Made by a program: the position numbers and the translations under genes
Origin: Catajapyx aquilonaris
Taxonomy: Eukaryota
NCBI GenBank assembly: GCA_000934665.2
Contig: JYFJ02003933.1
Span: forward strand, 1 to 36,283
Direction of reading: 5' to 3'
DNA length: 36,283 nucleotides
Shown here: piece after piece, positions 34,427 to 36,283 of the stretch
How positions within the stretch are numbered: position 1 is the first letter of the stretch
Layout of the letters: each line of letters begins with the position of its first letter
Notes under the pieces: generated by a model
What the model was told of the DNA's origin: nothing
What the model saw: the letters and a program-made list of their open reading frames with translations, nothing else
The model's database searches: none

Positions 34427-34757
34427 TATATCAAATGAAAGAGAACCGCGAGGAGAAACCGCCTATGGAATTTGTTTTCCTCAAAAATGTAACCAGATAA
34501 TATTTGTAACCATATTTTGATCAAATCTTCACAAAATCACACTCTATAATGTTTGACAAATTTTAGTCATATCTCGACATCATTCAATCAGAGTGACGTA
34601 ATTTTTCTCGAACAATATGCTTTAATTCGCATATCAACAATCGGTATCCCGAGAACTAGCTGCCGGTAAATTGGATGCCTCCTTATTGCTGATTATATTG
34701 GCCAAAGGGTTACCCACTTCGGTACTCCGGTGTACACCTGCAGTGGTACTCCTTGGT

Positions 34758-34894
34758 CAAGGGGTTAGCAACTCCTCAAAAAAGTGTACACCAGATCCTG
34801 GAACCAGGAGGTTCCACCCGGTTCCACCCGGTTATGTTCCACCTGATTCCTTGGCCAGTGTGTCCACCGGTTCCAGGGAGTTGCTAACCCTTTG
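34758..34894. mobile_element. hAT MITE, short copy of the 11962 family
   Basis: Same TIRs; 8-bp TSD tccttggt / tctttggt. Confidence 0.9.
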
Positions 34895-35049
34895 TCTTTG
34901 GTACGCCCAGATACTCCTTGAATTTGGTACTCCAGTGTACAATTTACAGTCGAGTGGTTAACCCCTTGAAATTGGCCCACCAAATGGCACAGCAGCCTAT
35001 TGACCGGCAGCCAAAAGTCGTAGATTTCAACAATAGATTTTCTGTTTGT

Positions 35050-35690
35050 GAGAGTGCGCCTTCCTTCGCCTTCGGAGGGGAAGTAAAGCCGTCTCCCGTG
35101 TGACATTACACGAGTGCACGTTAAAGATCCCCAGAGTCGCCTAATTTCCAGGAGGAGGACCACCCCCTGGCGTCGCGTCGGTGTTGAGCCTAAGCGGCAG
35201 AAATGTGCCGACGTTAAAGGGACACTCCACTCAAAATACAAGTTGGGTTCTAAAAATCGGGCAAAAAATCATGATTCCGAGGGTATAAGCAGTTTTTCTT
35301 AGAGACGAACGGTAAGGCCAATGTGAAAGCTGGAAGTGTGTCGTTCGAAAACCGCGCGCGGGGCTGTGGGCGCAGGTGGCGACGCCTGGCGACCGCCACC
35401 AGAGTGGAACCGGGCGGAACTGGAGCAGGCACTCCTGGCACGGCAGGTGTTTCCTGTGAGCTGTGCCTGCTCCATTTCCCATTCCTGCCGACAGGCGGCG
35501 AGGGTGTCGTGAACAGTAGCATACGGTTGCTACCGTATCGCCAAAATACGCATAATGATCCGGTTCCCCTGGGGTCATCGTTCATCGGAAAATATAATTA
35601 TTGGTGTCGTTGGAATCGTATTTTTTTGCCCTATTTTTGGGGGCCAACTTGTATTTTGAGTGGAGTGTCCCTTTAAGCCACACTGAACAG
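35050..35690 (+). mobile_element. SINE remnant with Nin/Deu-like core, interrupted by a TTAA MITE
   Basis: ggaggggaagtaaagccgtctcccgtgtg...gtgcacgttaaagatccccag and split tail gacgttaa|gccac resemble Nin-domain/Ruka-type SINEs from memory; head unclear (possible A box at about 34948). Confidence 0.5.
35218..35672. mobile_element. Kolobok/T2-like MITE with TTAA TSD
   Basis: TTAA-agggacactccactcaaaatacaagttgg...ccaacttgtattttgagtggagtgtccct-TTAA; AGG termini rather than piggyBac CCY. Confidence 0.9.
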
Positions 35691-36139
35691 TAGGGCTGTG
35701 CGATATTTCGATACATAGAGTGTCGATACGATATTTTCCTAATATTGAAGTTGCGATATCCGACGCTTGGCATGTGCGATGTATCGAATATGGCGATTTT
35801 TCGATATCGGTTTTTGATATTTCGATGTCGGTTCAATGAAAATCGACATTTAACCGACATCGAAAAATATCGAAAACCGACATCGAACCGACATCGAAAA
35901 TTATCGAAAACCGATATCGAAAAATCGCGATATTCGATACTTCGTACATGCCAAGCGTCGGATATCGCAACTTCAATATTAGGAAAATATCGTATCGACA
36001 GTCGATGTATCGAAATATCGCACAGTCGATTCGATGTCGCTTTTCGATGTCGGTTTCTCGATTTTCGATATATCGACTTCGATTCGATATTTTTGAGTAT
36101 CGAAAGTCGATATGCAATTTCGGATATCTCACAGCCCTA
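35691..36139. mobile_element. hAT-like non-autonomous element with TCGA-rich interior
   Basis: TIRs tagggctgtgcgatat / atatctcacagcccta; TSD-like ctgaacag on the left and gtgaacag 3 bp beyond the right end. Confidence 0.8.
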
Positions 36140-36283
36140 CGAGTGAACAGTAACTTATTTTGATCAGATATGCACAATAACTTCATCAAAACTGATATTA
36201 CAATATCATTCAATTCTAACTTAATTTGATCGTCGTTCACATATGCTGATATCACCTCTCAACCATATATAGTCCTCTCCCCC

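Overview
Eukaryotic, repeat-rich arthropod (most likely insect/hexapod) DNA, not prokaryotic. The only well-supported gene is the 3' part of a minus-strand DIP (Dpr-interacting protein)/lachesin-like Ig cell-adhesion gene, closest from memory to the DIP-epsilon/zeta group. It has an Ig3 exon at 29406-29699 and two small phase-1/phase-1 stalk exons at 20716-20784 and 11200-11307 that the ORF track does not resolve; further exons are only candidates. The rest is intronic or flanking sequence packed with non-autonomous elements: tRNA-derived SINEs with clear TSDs, Tc1/mariner-, PIF/Harbinger-, hAT-, Kolobok- and CACTA-like MITEs, Helitron/DINE-1-like pieces, many minisatellites and several fold-back palindromes. 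I found no autonomous transposase, CRISPR array or convincing new multi-gene system. The best leads are modular head/tail swapping among the SINEs, two retroposons sharing one target site, an inverted SINE pair bracketing the stalk exons, perfect fold-back inversions and an unresolved GPI-anchor C-terminus. Boundaries and alignments were read by eye.
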